A DNA stretch of 64,000 bases from Candidatus Oxydemutatoraceae bacterium (GTDB taxonomy: Bacteria; Pseudomonadota; Gammaproteobacteria; Poriferisulfidales; Oxydemutatoraceae), in assembly GCA_965219575.1 (NCBI GenBank), contig OZ244779.1:1420769-1484768 (forward strand). Reading direction: 5' to 3'. Positions 1 through 9,688 of this stretch are shown here, piece after piece. Numbering within the stretch: position 1 is the stretch's first letter; every line of letters starts with the position of its first letter. The position numbers and the translations under genes are program-made. The notes beneath the pieces were generated by a model. The model ran no database searches. It saw nothing but the letters and a program-made list of their open reading frames with translations, and was not told where the DNA came from.

Positions 1-2
1 CC

Positions 3-1211
3 GCCGAAGGCGATATCGGGGACCGAGAACAAGGGCTTTTGGTTGACGCAAATAAACAACTGCCGTTTATCGATAAAGTGATCTATAGCTTGGAGAAAGA
101 GAGTATTCCCTATTGGAATAAATTTTTACAGGGCTATTACGACAGTTCGGGCATCAGCACCGATAGCTTTGATCAAGCGATACAAATAGGCAAGCAGGGC
201 GAACTGGATTTGACCGATTTTATGATCGATAAGGGTATCCGATTGTCGGTTTCTTACCAGCTATCCACTTATTACACAGGGTTCAATATGCTGGATCCGA
301 TTGTCGGTGGTAGCGACGAGCGAGCTAGAAAGTTGCGGCAAGCACTCTCTATCGCCCTCAATATGGAAGAGTATATTTCTATTTTTCTAAACGGGCGTGG
401 CTTATCGGCGCAAGGTCCGTTACCACCCGGTATGTTCGGCAATGTATCGGGTGCCGAAGGCATCAACCCTTATGTCTACGATTGGGTAGACGGGCAAGCT
501 CGGCGCAAACCCATATCCGAAGCCAAGCGTTTATTGGCCGAAGCCGGTTACAGAGACGGCATAGATCAACAAACCCAAAAACCGTTGGTGATAAATTTCG
601 ATACGGTCGGAACGGGACCCGACGCCAAAGCATTTCTGAATTGGACGCGCAAGCAATTCGATAATCTAGGCGTGCAGTTGGTGATACGCAACACCGACTA
701 TAATCGTTTTCAAGACAAGCTGAACAAAGGCACCACACAAGTGTTTCGCTTGGGATGGAATGCCGATTATCCCGACCCGGAGAATTTTTTCTTTTTGTTT
801 TACGGTCCCAACGGGAAAGTTTCCAACCAAGGCGCAAACTATTCCAACTATCAAAACTCACGCTTCGACGAGATGTTCGAGCGGATGCGCAGTTTGCCGA
901 ACGGTGCCGAGAGACAAGTGTTGATAGACGAAATGCTGGAGCTCCTACGCTACGATGCACCGTGGATTTGGGGCATCCATCCCAAATCTTTCGCACTGTA
1001 CCACGACTGGTTGGGCAACGTAAAACCGAATCAGTTGGCGCATAATAGACTAAAATACTTCAACATCAATAGCGAGCTGCGCGCACAAAACCAAGTACAA
1101 TGGAATCAACCGGAACTCGAACCGATTTTAATTTTCTTGTTGCTACTATTTATTGCTGTTTTGCCTGCCTTTTATATCTATAAAAAACGACAACGAGCGG
1201 TTGCGTTATGA
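3..1211 (+). CDS. Peptide/oligopeptide ABC transporter substrate-binding protein (family 5), 5'-partial, with C-terminal TM anchor
   Basis: Frame is open from nt 3. GWNADYPDPENF and family-5 SBP-like C-terminus, hydrophobic C-terminal tail, followed by two permeases and an ATPase. Confidence 0.88.
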   Translation, partial: AEGDIGDREQGLLVDANKQLPFIDKVIYSLEKESIPYWNKFLQGYYDSSGISTDSFDQAIQIGKQGELDLTDFMIDKGIRLSVSYQLSTYYTGFNMLDPIVGGSDERARKLRQALSIALNMEEYISIFLNGRGLSAQGPLPPGMFGNVSGAEGINPYVYDWVDGQARRKPISEAKRLLAEAGYRDGIDQQTQKPLVINFDTVGTGPDAKAFLNWTRKQFDNLGVQLVIRNTDYNRFQDKLNKGTTQVFRLGWNADYPDPENFFFLFYGPNGKVSNQGANYSNYQNSRFDEMFERMRSLPNGAERQVLIDEMLELLRYDAPWIWGIHPKSFALYHDWLGNVKPNQLAHNRLKYFNINSELRAQNQVQWNQPELEPILIFLLLLFIAVLPAFYIYKKRQRAVAL

Positions 1212-2185
1212 TTAACTATTTGTTTCGTCGTATCGTTTATGCGATACCTATTCTGATAGGAGTAAACTTGCTAACCTTTGCGTTGTTTTTCGTCGTCAAC
1301 ACACCCGACGACATTGCGCGCATGCACTTGGGTGATCGCTATGTCACACAAGAACAGATAGATTTTTGGAAAAGCGAGCGTGGCTACGATAAACCTTTGT
1401 TATATAACGGCGAACGGCAAGGCCTCGATGCGCTAACCGATACCATCTTTTATATAAAATCGGTACGCCTGTTTGCATTTGATTTCGGTCCTTCGGACAG
1501 CGGGCGTAACATCGGCCACGATATCAAGCAACGCATGTGGCCGAGCTTGGCAATCGCCGTGCCGACTTTGCTGATCGGTTTGCTGGTCAATATCAGCTTT
1601 GCACTGTTCATGGTATTTTTCAGAGCAACATATGTTGATTTCGGTTCGGTCGTATTGTGCGTCGTCTTGATGTCCATCTCGGCACTTTTTTATATCATCG
1701 CCGGACAATATCTGTTTGCCAAACTACTCAATCTGGTGCCTATATCGGGCTACGATACCGGTGTCGACGCAATCAAATTCGTCATACTGCCGGTGTTGAT
1801 CGGTGTCGTTGGCGGCATCGGGGCAGGCAGTCGCTGGTACCGTACGATATTCCTCGAGGAAATCTCCAAAGATTATGTCACTACCGCAAGAGCCAAAGGG
1901 CTGAACGATTTTTATATTTTGTTCAATCATGTGTTGCCGAATGCAATGATCCCGATACTCACCGGTATTGTCGTCATCTTGCCCTTGTTGTTTTTGGGGA
2001 GCTTGATTATAGAGTCGTTTTTCGGCATCCCGGGGCTAGGCAGCTATACCATAGATGCGATTGCCCGAGAAGATTTTGCGATCGTCAGGGCAATGGTCTT
2101 TTTGGGGTCGTTCCTATACATCATCGGTTTACTATTGACCGATATTTCCTATACACTGGTCGATCCTAGGGTGCGTTTAGAATGA
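1208..2185 (+). CDS. Peptide ABC transporter permease (OppB/DppB-like)
   Basis: MINYLFRRIVYAIP start, EAA-like motif DYVTTARAKGL, IESFFGIPGLG, DPRVR end. ATGA overlap with the upstream gene. Confidence 0.92.
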   Translation: MINYLFRRIVYAIPILIGVNLLTFALFFVVNTPDDIARMHLGDRYVTQEQIDFWKSERGYDKPLLYNGERQGLDALTDTIFYIKSVRLFAFDFGPSDSGRNIGHDIKQRMWPSLAIAVPTLLIGLLVNISFALFMVFFRATYVDFGSVVLCVVLMSISALFYIIAGQYLFAKLLNLVPISGYDTGVDAIKFVILPVLIGVVGGIGAGSRWYRTIFLEEISKDYVTTARAKGLNDFYILFNHVLPNAMIPILTGIVVILPLLFLGSLIIESFFGIPGLGSYTIDAIAREDFAIVRAMVFLGSFLYIIGLLLTDISYTLVDPRVRLE

Positions 2186-3645
2186 TCAAGCCGGTTATTT
2201 TGTTGAGCGACGGGTTCTTCTTCGTATTGATCGCATTATTCATCGTATATTTTTATTATGCACGCACGCGCACCCATCTGCGAGCGATCTGGAGAAAACT
2301 CGCACGCAACAAAACCGCAATGATCTCCGCGGTGTTTCTGATGTTCTACTTTATGGTTGCGTTTCTAGACTCGCTGCATTTTCATAAAGCGTTGGATCAG
2401 CGAGGTGCGAACAACGAGGTTATTTATTCAAACGAGATCGTCAGTGTTTTGGATCAGATCTTACTACCGCTGCGCGAGCGCACCGAGAAAAGCTATTCGG
2501 CACCTTTTGCAACGCATGCGTATGTCAAAGAATTCTATATTGACGACGGAGCGACCCAGCAGCATTACCCGCGCCTTCGGCATGGCGGTGCACATTTGGA
2601 TGATCTCGAACAACTACAACCGCTCCACGCATGGATCCATAAACGTCTGCAGACTATGGAGCAGCAAAAGGCTTTTGATATCGGTGTGCGCCTCTTCAAA
2701 GGGATATTTTTCGGATTGCTATGCTTTCTTTTCATTTACTTACTGATTTGCTTTTTCTATGCCAGACATAGTGCCAAGCCTATAGAGCGGGTTGTGCCGA
2801 TGTTGATACACGATCATCATGAGTTGCCGTGGCGGGCGGTGATGATTACCCTGATGCTACTCGTTGTGACAATTTTTACGATTGCCTATACGAGTCACTA
2901 CTATTACGTACTAGGCACCGATAAGATCGGCTCGGATGTGTTGTATCAAGCAATCAAAAGTATACGCACCGGATTTTTAATCGGCACGCTGACAACGCTG
3001 ATAATGCTACCCTTTGCATTGGTGTTGGGAGTCTGCGCCGGCTATTTTCTGGGTAGAATAGACGATGTCATTCAATATCTTTACACAACGCTGAACTCGG
3101 TGCCGGGTGTGCTTCTGGTTGCTGCCGCAATTCTGATGCTCCATGTTTATATGGATCAAAACCCCGACCAATTTAATAATCTCACCGAACGCTCGGATTT
3201 GAGATTGCTGTTTCTGTGCGGCATCCTCGGCATTACCAGCTGGACCGGCTTATGCCGCTTGCTACGAGCCGAGACGCTGAAGATTAAAGAGATGAATTAT
3301 ATAGAAGCCGCACAAGTGTTGGGTATTCCGCAATGGCAATTGCTACTGCGCCATATTTTGCCGAATGTGATGCACATCGTGTTCATCACTATCGCACTGG
3401 ATTTTAGCGGCTTGGTGCTAGCCGAAACGGTGCTATCGTATATCAATATCGGCGTAGACCCGACGATGAATAGCTGGGGCAACATGATTAACAGTGCGCG
3501 TTTGGAGATGGCACGCGAGCCTATAGTCTGGTGGCCGTTGCTCGCTGCAATGCTCTTTTTATTCGGCTTGGTATTGTGTGCCAATCTCTTTGCCGACGGC
3601 GTTAGAGACGCTTTTGACCCTCGCTCCGCGGAGACCGCCAAATGA
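2182..3645 (+). CDS. Peptide ABC transporter permease (OppC/DppC-like) with long insertion
   Basis: LGTDKIGSDV, YIEAAQVLG, RHILPN, SWGNMI and DAFDPR motifs. Confidence 0.92.
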   Translation: MIKPVILLSDGFFFVLIALFIVYFYYARTRTHLRAIWRKLARNKTAMISAVFLMFYFMVAFLDSLHFHKALDQRGANNEVIYSNEIVSVLDQILLPLRERTEKSYSAPFATHAYVKEFYIDDGATQQHYPRLRHGGAHLDDLEQLQPLHAWIHKRLQTMEQQKAFDIGVRLFKGIFFGLLCFLFIYLLICFFYARHSAKPIERVVPMLIHDHHELPWRAVMITLMLLVVTIFTIAYTSHYYYVLGTDKIGSDVLYQAIKSIRTGFLIGTLTTLIMLPFALVLGVCAGYFLGRIDDVIQYLYTTLNSVPGVLLVAAAILMLHVYMDQNPDQFNNLTERSDLRLLFLCGILGITSWTGLCRLLRAETLKIKEMNYIEAAQVLGIPQWQLLLRHILPNVMHIVFITIALDFSGLVLAETVLSYINIGVDPTMNSWGNMINSARLEMAREPIVWWPLLAAMLFLFGLVLCANLFADGVRDAFDPRSAETAK

Positions 3646-5267
3646 AACCTTTGTTGCGTGTTCGTGATTTGACGATAAAAACCATAGACCCTGCACAAGG
3701 CGGTGTGCTGGTCGATAATATCAGCTTTGATATAGCCGAAGGGCAAAGCTTTGCGTTGTTGGGAGAATCGGGGTCGGGTAAATCGCTGACCGCATTGGCT
3801 TTGCTTCGTTTGCTGTCATCCAATTTGCAAATTAGTTCGGGTTCGGTAGAACTGAACGGCACCGACTTACTTAAACTGCCGGCATACCAAATGCGCTTTT
3901 ATCGCGCTGCCAAACTGGCGATGATCTTCCAAGAGCCGATGACCTCTTTTAATCCGGTGATGAAAATAGGTAAACAAATTTTAGAACCGCTGGCACTGCA
4001 TCGCAAGCAGAAGGGTGCTACGGCGCATCGGAGTGCATTAAAATTGTTTGAAGATGTCGGACTGCCGGATCCTGAGCGCGTGTTCCAATCGTACCCGCAT
4101 CAGTTATCGGGTGGCATGAAACAGCGGGCGATGATTGCGATGGCACTGGTTGCAAACCCCGCTTTATTGATTGCCGACGAACCGACAACCGCATTGGATG
4201 TTACGATACAAGCCCAGGTGCTCGAACTGTTGTGCGATATACAAAAACGCCGCGGCATGGCAATGCTGTTTATCTCTCATGATTTGTCGGTGGTCGCTAA
4301 TGTTGCCGAGCGTATCGCAGTGATGCGATACGGCAAGATACTGGAGGAAGCGAATGCCGATATATTCTTTAAGCAAGCGCGCCACGACTATACTCGTAGT
4401 CTTTATCAAATGCTACCCGACCAATCCAAGCGCGGTTATCTGTTAAACCCCGAAGGGCAACTACAAAAGCTCAACGGCAGTGGCAAAACTTCCGAGGGCA
4501 GGATAGAGGTTGACGATTTAGCCGTCCATTTCCAATTACGCAGCGGATTATTGAGGCAAATAAAACATACCGTAAAAGCCGTAGACGGTGTCTCGTTTAC
4601 GCTACGACGCGGAAAAACACTGGCATTGGTCGGTGAGTCGGGGAGCGGTAAAACCACCATTGCCAGAGCTTTGCTGGCTTTGAATAAACCCAGCCGTGGA
4701 AAAATCCATATTGCCGCCGATAGTGGAGCCCCCGAGCCCGTAAACGATATCAAAGCGCAGACGCAGATCGTATTCCAAGATCCGTTTTTTTCGCTGAACC
4801 CTAAGATGTCCGTTGCACAGATTCTAAGCGAAGCACTACTATGTAAAGGGTGCGATGACTTGAATGCCGAACTGAATAGATTGCTGGAGCAAGTCGGTTT
4901 AAGCGATGATTATCTAAGACGCTACCCGCATCAGCTGTCGGGCGGTCAACGCCAACGTATCTGCATCGCTAGATCGCTTGCCGCCAAGCCCGACTTCATT
5001 ATATGGGACGAGCCGACCAGTGCATTGGATGTGCTGGTGCAGGCGCAAATACTCAATTTATTACAAGAATTACAAATACAACTCAATCTAGGCTACCTGT
5101 TTATTACCCACGATATCTCTATCGTTGCCTATCTGGCACACGAAATTGCCGTTATTTATAAGGGAAAATTCATAGAATACGGGGATACCTTGAAAATTTT
5201 ATCAAAACCGAAGCATGCATACACCCAAGAATTATTGGCAGCCGTGCCTACGCTTTCCGTTGCTTGA
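3642..5267 (+). CDS. Peptide ABC transporter ATP-binding protein, duplicated ATPase domains
   Basis: Two Walker A motifs (GESGSGKS, GESGSGKT), two YPHQLSGG signatures, two DEPT Walker B motifs. Confidence 0.95.
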   Translation: MKPLLRVRDLTIKTIDPAQGGVLVDNISFDIAEGQSFALLGESGSGKSLTALALLRLLSSNLQISSGSVELNGTDLLKLPAYQMRFYRAAKLAMIFQEPMTSFNPVMKIGKQILEPLALHRKQKGATAHRSALKLFEDVGLPDPERVFQSYPHQLSGGMKQRAMIAMALVANPALLIADEPTTALDVTIQAQVLELLCDIQKRRGMAMLFISHDLSVVANVAERIAVMRYGKILEEANADIFFKQARHDYTRSLYQMLPDQSKRGYLLNPEGQLQKLNGSGKTSEGRIEVDDLAVHFQLRSGLLRQIKHTVKAVDGVSFTLRRGKTLALVGESGSGKTTIARALLALNKPSRGKIHIAADSGAPEPVNDIKAQTQIVFQDPFFSLNPKMSVAQILSEALLCKGCDDLNAELNRLLEQVGLSDDYLRRYPHQLSGGQRQRICIARSLAAKPDFIIWDEPTSALDVLVQAQILNLLQELQIQLNLGYLFITHDISIVAYLAHEIAVIYKGKFIEYGDTLKILSKPKHAYTQELLAAVPTLSVA

Positions 5268-5273
5268 CCATAT

Positions 5274-5546
5274 GGATCTGTTGAAAAAGTGCCGTTCTGC
5301 ACGAACTCAACCGCTATGCGCTGCATAATTATCCAAACCACCTGTAGGGGCGGACTGGCATGTCCGCCCTAGAGTGCCGTTCTGCACAGCCGTAACCGCT
5401 TGCGCCGTATGGTTTTGGTTTCCATAAATCGGGTGAATGAATGTATAAATCGTGCCGACAAACGCGTCACGGGCGGACATGTCGTAGGGGCGGACTTACA
5501 TGTCCGCCCGCCCCTACATTGTATGAAATACTTTTTCAACAGCCTA
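5274..5546. mobile_element. MITE family A copy A1 (TIR NNNNCTGTTGAAAAA, internal GTAG-REP-like palindromes)
   Basis: ggatctgttgaaaaag...ctttttcaacagccta ends. Internal GGGCGGAC-N6-GTCCGCCC palindromes. About 11 related copies in the window. Confidence 0.8.
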
Positions 5547-5625
5547 GTCATATCTGCAAAAGTCTATTCATCAAGCCAATTTGAGACAACCACTATGACG
5601 ATAAAACCATTTTTTCATCAGCCTC

Positions 5626-6378
5626 ATGCTTAACTTTAAGAAAAAACGTATCGAAAGAACACCATCGCAAAACTCTTTATTATTGGACGAGTGGTATCAA
5701 AGCGATGTCAATAGAAAGCTATGGATGGAAACCGAACCGGCACTACAGCCTTGGTTAGAGAGAACGATGGGCTATTACGCAGCGCATATTGCATCCTTTC
5801 AAGTCGGTGACGAGTTATTATCGTGTAGTCGCGTGCGCACTAAGTGTATTGTCAATGCAACTAGGTACTCCGACACCGGTATACTCGCCGATTTCACATC
5901 TCTACCGCTCGATACCGAAAGCATGGATTTGATCATCGCACACCATATATTTGAATTCATCTCGCAGCCGCACGAGTTTTTGCGCGAGGTTGATAGAGTG
6001 CTAATCTCCGAAGGGTTACTTATAATAATCTGTTTTAATCCGATAAGTTATCAAGGTTTATTCAAACTGTTTCAATTACACGGACGAGCCAATCCACCGT
6101 GGTGTGGCAACTTCTATACGCCTTTTCGAGTAAAAGACTGGCTCTCGGTGCTGGGCTTTAAGGTAAAAGAATTACGCTATTTTGCTCCCCCGCTGATCCG
6201 ATACAAAAACCACCCCGGTTATGCAGGCAAAATCTCGCGAGGTTGCAAGCGTTTTATGAAATGGGGTAGCTCTTTTTATGCAATACTCGCAGTAAAACAA
6301 GTCTCGCGTTTGATACCGCTAGGTCCGGTATGGAAAGACCGAATAATAAAGCCCGAAGCACCGCAACCGACCGCTTGA
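5626..6378 (+). CDS. Class I SAM-dependent methyltransferase-like protein (YafS-like)
   Basis: LPLDTESMDLII..H..EF..PH.FLREVDRVL motif. Conserved position immediately upstream of rnhA. Confidence 0.8.
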   Translation: MLNFKKKRIERTPSQNSLLLDEWYQSDVNRKLWMETEPALQPWLERTMGYYAAHIASFQVGDELLSCSRVRTKCIVNATRYSDTGILADFTSLPLDTESMDLIIAHHIFEFISQPHEFLREVDRVLISEGLLIIICFNPISYQGLFKLFQLHGRANPPWCGNFYTPFRVKDWLSVLGFKVKELRYFAPPLIRYKNHPGYAGKISRGCKRFMKWGSSFYAILAVKQVSRLIPLGPVWKDRIIKPEAPQPTA

Positions 6379-6388
6379 GGAAGCTGTC

Positions 6389-6844
6389 ATGCCGGACATG
6401 ATGCCTATCTATGTCTATACCGACGGCGCATGTCGAGGCAACCCCGGGCCGGGCGGTTGGGCAGCGATATTGATCTACGGAACACATGAAAAAGTACTCT
6501 GCGGCGGAGAACATCACACCACGAATAACCGCATGGAACTCACCGCCGCAATACGAGGCCTCTCGGCAATCAAGCCGGAAAAACTCAAAAGTAAGAAACA
6601 TATCGTCTATCTCATAACCGACTCGCTCTACCTCAAAAACGGCATAGAGATATGGATTGCCAACTGGAAGCAAAACAACTGGCGAACGATAAGCAAAAAG
6701 GTAGTCAAAAACCAAGACCTATGGAAAGAGCTAGACCACCTGAACACACTAATGCAAATCAACTGGCAATGGGTCAGAGGCCACAGCGGCTATGCAGAGA
6801 ACGAACGCGCCGACCAACTCGCAAAAGATAGCATCCCCTCGTAG
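6389..6844 (+). CDS. rnhA: Ribonuclease HI
   Basis: YTDGACRGNPGPGGW, TTNNRMEL, TDS and WVRGHSG..ENERADQLA motifs. Confidence 0.97.
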   Translation: MPDMMPIYVYTDGACRGNPGPGGWAAILIYGTHEKVLCGGEHHTTNNRMELTAAIRGLSAIKPEKLKSKKHIVYLITDSLYLKNGIEIWIANWKQNNWRTISKKVVKNQDLWKELDHLNTLMQINWQWVRGHSGYAENERADQLAKDSIPS

Positions 6845-6940
6845 AGCAACATTTCGTGTAGAGGCGTGGTCGCAGCATATCTGCACCAGTCAATTCCCAT
6901 TATTGTAGAGGCAGCAGGCTTCACCTGACCGGGTGGTCGC
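6833..6940 (+). repeat. Degenerate family-B repeat units
   Basis: gtggtcgcagcatatctgcac...attccc...caggcttcacctgaccgggtggt resembles the family-B consensus. Confidence 0.55.
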
Positions 6941-6945
6941 TGCAT

Positions 6946-7153
6946 GGGACTGTTGAAAAAATACTGTTCTGCAAAACCGTAACCGCTTGCGCCGCATAAT
7001 TATCCAACCCACCTGTAGGGGCGGACTAACATGTCCGCCCGTAACGCGTTGTGCCTACACGATTTATACATTCATCCATCCAATTTATGGAAACCAAAAC
7101 AAAATGGCGCAAGTGATTAGATTCGTACGATGCCGCACTTTTTCAACAGCCCG
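6946..7153. mobile_element. MITE family A copy A2
   Basis: gggactgttgaaaaa...tttttcaacagcccg ends, one internal REP palindrome, shared core segment. Confidence 0.8.
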
Positions 7154-7311
7154 TAAGGGTCTGCACAGTTGCAACAAGTAGCGACTCAACCACCTCATAT
7201 TACCCCAACATACCGTTTATCGGATATTTACTACTGTTCATCCATTTGTCTAAAAACACCTCAAGTATTCGCTCAAACTACAGGTTTTAACTAAAACTTG
7301 CAGGAGATTTC

Positions 7312-8235
7312 ATGGCAAAAAAAACTCAATCTAAATACTTAGCACTGACAGAAGACATTTCCTTCAAGCGATACTTCTCAAGCAGTAAGCAATTACTATT
7401 CTCGCTACTTAAGAGCTTCCTGCCGATCTCCGATCGTGCCTCGGGTATGGTGATACTCAACCCCGACATACTAGACACCGCATCCGCTACCACCAATCAA
7501 CCCGGTCAATCGGACGATAAGCTACATCTGCAAGACAGTGCTATCCCACCGGACACACCGGATGGCAAACAAGTAGTGCTAGACCTCCATGTCGAATTAA
7601 ATAGCGGTGAGCATGTGGACATAGAGATGCAAAGCCACCCGCATAAAGATTTCTTGTTTAGAATGTTAGCCTACTGGGTGCGGTTGCATAATCAATCCTT
7701 AAAGCGCGGACAGAAGACCAAAGAAAATAAACCGACCTACTCACTAATATTTACCAAGTTCAGCGTGCTTAGCAAAGCCGAGAGAGACTATATCAAAAAG
7801 GCGAACATCAATTTCGAAGGCTATCAGGATAGAGCACTTTACTGGGGGTTTAAGATGTTTTTCGTGGAATTGAATAGGTTCAATAAGAGCCACCTTGAAC
7901 TAGTTGATATGGCAGACAGGTGGTGCTATATTATGAAGCATTCGGCGGACTTGACAGCCGAACAAGTAGCGTATTTATCACAACATGGAGAGACGAAGAT
8001 GGCATTAGAACATTTAGAGGAAGTATCCAAAGAAAAGAGGGAGTATTGGAAGGCTGCATCTCGAGAGAGACGCGAGTGGGAGCATGAGATGAGAAAGCAA
8101 GGACTAATAGAAGAAGGCATAGAAAAAGGACATCGAGAAATCGCTTTGAACATGTTGCAAAAGGGTTTAGAGGTCTCGTTGATTTCCGAAGTCACAGGTT
8201 TATCCGTTGCCGAGATTAAACAGCTAAAAAGATAG
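7312..8235 (+). CDS. Rpn family recombination-promoting nuclease / PD-(D/E)XK putative transposase
   Basis: DISFKRYF, LDLHVE..DIEMQ..RMLAYW nuclease core and C-terminal IALNMLQKG..ISEVTGLS. AGGAG RBS. Confidence 0.9.
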   Translation: MAKKTQSKYLALTEDISFKRYFSSSKQLLFSLLKSFLPISDRASGMVILNPDILDTASATTNQPGQSDDKLHLQDSAIPPDTPDGKQVVLDLHVELNSGEHVDIEMQSHPHKDFLFRMLAYWVRLHNQSLKRGQKTKENKPTYSLIFTKFSVLSKAERDYIKKANINFEGYQDRALYWGFKMFFVELNRFNKSHLELVDMADRWCYIMKHSADLTAEQVAYLSQHGETKMALEHLEEVSKEKREYWKAASRERREWEHEMRKQGLIEEGIEKGHREIALNMLQKGLEVSLISEVTGLSVAEIKQLKR

Positions 8236-8263
8236 AACTGAACCACAAGTACGATACTGGTAC

Positions 8264-8309
8264 ATTCCTCTCCCGTAGAGGGGTGTCAGGCATAGCCTGA
8301 CGGGGTGGT
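8264..8309 (+). repeat. Family-B repeat (ATTCCCCTCC-N3-GGAGGGGTGG-CAGGCGCAGCCTGAC-GGGGTGGT consensus)
   Basis: attcctctcccgtagaggggtgtcaggcatagcctgacggggtggt. Double-hairpin unit recurring about 12 times in the window. Confidence 0.75.
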
Positions 8310-8435
8310 CGCTAAAGAGGGCTGTTGAAAAAGTATTTCATAAAATGTAGGGGCGGACTAGCATGATGCCTTATTAAAAATCAAGTCATTTTATTCATTT
8401 TTTATCTCCGTTTTATATTTTTCCTGAGTATCGAT

Positions 8436-9422
8436 TTAGGACGCAGATGCGCAACAATAATTCGGGTCAAACGGCTTCCTGTATCTGAGTATCCCGTAAA
8501 TAATACGTGCCAGCTTATGGGCGCAAGCAACAATAATCTGCTTTTTAGTTAACTCCGGACGCCGCCGACTTAATTGGTCGGCAAAGGCACGGATGATTGG
8601 GTTATGAACCCGTGCCGAGAGTGCCGCCATAAACAGCAGGGTGCGCAGTTCGGCATCGCCCATTTTAGAGATATGCGCCTTCGCCTCGTAGTTGCCGGAC
8701 TGCCGGCGCCTTGGGTTGAGACCGACATAGACTGCGAATTGCTCTGCGTTATCAAATGTCTTATCATTGAAAACAGCACACAGGGCAATCGCTGTCTGAG
8801 TGCCGATGCCGGTAATGGAACACAGCAACTGCTCAAGCTCTGCGAGTTGCTCGTCTTGAGCGATAATTTGCTCCATTTCGGCATCCTGCTTAGCAATCTG
8901 TTTGTCAAAGTATCTCAGGTTCTCAGCTGCTCGTTTTTTTTGCCTTGCATCGCATAAGGTTTTCATACAATTACTTAACCCGGTATGATCTTTGACTAAT
9001 TGCCTGCGCACTTTTCGTGCATCTCTCAAGGCGAGTGCAGTCGGCGACGGCATTTGCCAATCTTTACCGTCAACAGCGAATGCGAACAGTGCGATGAGCC
9101 GCGCATCATCGCGATCGGTTTTATTGTGCATACCAAGCGATTGGCGGAAGCTGGCAACCTGCGCCGGTTTGACAATCCTAATCGGATGTTGCGCCAGATA
9201 GCCGGCTTTGCACAGGGCGAACTCAAAACCGCCGGTGGCTTCAACACAGATGCGACAGTGCGGTGCGCAGTGTTTGCTAGCCCAAGCTAACAGCTGCTTA
9301 ATGCCTTTAGCATCATTGCTAAATTGTGCCTCGGCAAAACTATTATCGGTGAATAATAGAGCGGCCTCTAAAGTGTCTTTAGAGACATCCACGCCGATTA
9401 TGGCAGGGTGTTTGTTTTCCAT
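8436..9422 (-). CDS. IS110 family DEDD recombinase/transposase
   Basis: GVDVSK, CVEATG and KTDRDDA (DEDD RuvC-like). GIG HhH and LNPRRRQSG with the catalytic Ser region. GGAGG RBS favours the ATG at 9422 over 9437. Confidence 0.96.
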   Translation of the reverse strand: MENKHPAIIGVDVSKDTLEAALLFTDNSFAEAQFSNDAKGIKQLLAWASKHCAPHCRICVEATGGFEFALCKAGYLAQHPIRIVKPAQVASFRQSLGMHNKTDRDDARLIALFAFAVDGKDWQMPSPTALALRDARKVRRQLVKDHTGLSNCMKTLCDARQKKRAAENLRYFDKQIAKQDAEMEQIIAQDEQLAELEQLLCSITGIGTQTAIALCAVFNDKTFDNAEQFAVYVGLNPRRRQSGNYEAKAHISKMGDAELRTLLFMAALSARVHNPIIRAFADQLSRRRPELTKKQIIVACAHKLARIIYGILRYRKPFDPNYCCASAS

Positions 9423-9483
9423 AATAATATCCTCCATTATGGTTGTTCAGTGAATAAAATACTCGGTAGCCAGTTCAGGAAAG

Positions 9484-9660
9484 TATGACTACGCCGCCCA
9501 CACAGGTAAATACGAGATCTAAAGTCTCAAGCTGCCTTCCGAGCTCTATAGTCATAGCGCCGGAGGAGTGCTTTTCATGCTAACAGGCTTTAATGCCTCG
9601 TCCGTCCTGCGGCGTGTCTCCTCCGACTTCCTAGGTACTGCAACTACCTAAGCATTTATC
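9484..9660 (-). ncRNA. Predicted IS110 bridge RNA
   Basis: 5' hairpin at 9632-9650. Target-binding loop closed by 9618-9627/9559-9568 and donor-binding loop closed by 9549-9556/9484-9491. The internal loops match the element's own target and donor sequences. Exact ends are unknown. Confidence 0.85.
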
Positions 9661-9682
9661 TTATATAAATAAGCTAGGGTTT

Positions 9683-9688
9683 AATATA
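9683..9688 (-). promoter_or_regulatory. -10 box (TATATT) of the circle-junction sigma70 promoter; -35 TTGATT lies in the RE at 8379-8384
   Basis: The joined RE-core-LE reads TTGATT-tttaataaggcatCAgg-TATATT, a spacer of exactly 17 nt. Confidence 0.75.

Noticed and set aside
272-4753. Numerous antisense or alternate-frame ORFs over the ABC operon and other core genes
   Set aside because: They are shadow ORFs of well-supported genes with no recognisable motifs.
5369-5633. Short ORFs within MITE copies (also 6987, 9708, 9745, 23680, 25230, 40197, 43646, 60492)
   Set aside because: They are translations of the repeat in varying frames, with no consistent start, RBS or length.
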